Source of the DNA: Antedon mediterranea
Taxonomy: Eukaryota > Animalia > Echinodermata
DNA: 64,000 bases
Assembly: GCF_964355755.1 (NCBI RefSeq)
Contig: NC_092678.1
Span: 23,019,365-23,083,364, forward strand
Direction of reading: 5' to 3'
Made by a program: the position numbers and the translations under genes
The notes under the pieces: model-generated
What the model was told of the DNA's origin: nothing
Seen by the model: the letters and a program-made list of their open reading frames with translations, nothing else
Database searches by the model: none
Part shown: one piece after another, positions 63,653 through 64,000 of the stretch
How positions within the stretch are numbered: the stretch's first letter is position 1
Layout: each line of letters begins with the position of its first letter

Positions 63653-63967
63653 CTAGAACATTCTTCTCAACATCTCCTTCTGGTACTCACGAACATCCAA
63701 GTACGTATTGTTGATCTATAGAAACAGTTTCCAAATACATTATCAAAATTACTTTTCATTGCTAATAATATTATGGGAAAAGCTGTAATTTCACAGAATC
63801 AATATTTCTATTACAGAAACCTTCAGATGATAACAAAACACTGGCATTAAAGCCTTATAAAATTCCCTCAACATGTATTCAATTCCATTACTACTTCTAT
63901 TTCTATTTCAAGGCCCATACTTACTCTTCCTAACCATAAAGTCAGAGTGGCAATCTCTTCATCGATC
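63653..63967 (-). CDS. Last two exons (63967-63925, 63715-63653) of the copy-B paralog of the 122-aa gene; 5' exons lie outside the window
   Basis: 43-nt exon IDEEIATLTLWLGR (same length, phase and TTGCATTTGCAG/GTAAGT sites as 9114-9072) plus INNTYLDVREYQKEMLRRMF* aligning to LSKKILEVLIKHKDMWKNLF. Confidence 0.55.
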
Positions 63968-64000
63968 CTGCAAATGCAATGTAAACTTATGGTTATTTTT

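Larger units (their letters stand above)
58184..64000. mobile_element. Large unclassified repeat element, copy B (continues past window end)
   Basis: Begins sharply at TTATAGTAAAT (58184); collinear with 1-9130. Confidence 0.65.

Overview
AT-rich (about one-third GC by eye) animal nuclear DNA, probably from a marine invertebrate (echinoderm-like, not provable here). It is not prokaryotic, and most ORFs in the supplied track are spurious. The window is a nested repeat and transposon field: Harbinger-, Kolobok- and Tc1-like MITEs, Helentron-derived HINE pieces, CR1/L2 LINE scraps (one with the RT YADD motif), a tRNA-derived SINE and a Penelope-type minimal hammerhead ribozyme. The most unusual structure is a large element present as two collinear direct copies, A (1 to at least ~10 kb) and B (58184 to the window end). 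Both start with nested tandem arrays built on TTATAGTAAATAA, a motif resembling Xer/dif-type tyrosine-recombinase arms. These are followed by a near-identical ~0.5 kb subterminal block, tRNA-like units, a 128-bp minisatellite, and a minus-strand spliced gene (~122 aa, predicted helical) whose last two exons are conserved at protein level between the diverged copies. No transposase, recombinase or helicase for this element is visible, and its far end was not found. The middle of the window also holds an intact single-exon-CDS gene for a small Cys-less Ig-domain surface protein (40901-41347, minus strand) and a dispersed conserved splice-donor/hairpin module (TTTATCCAG|GTAAGC).
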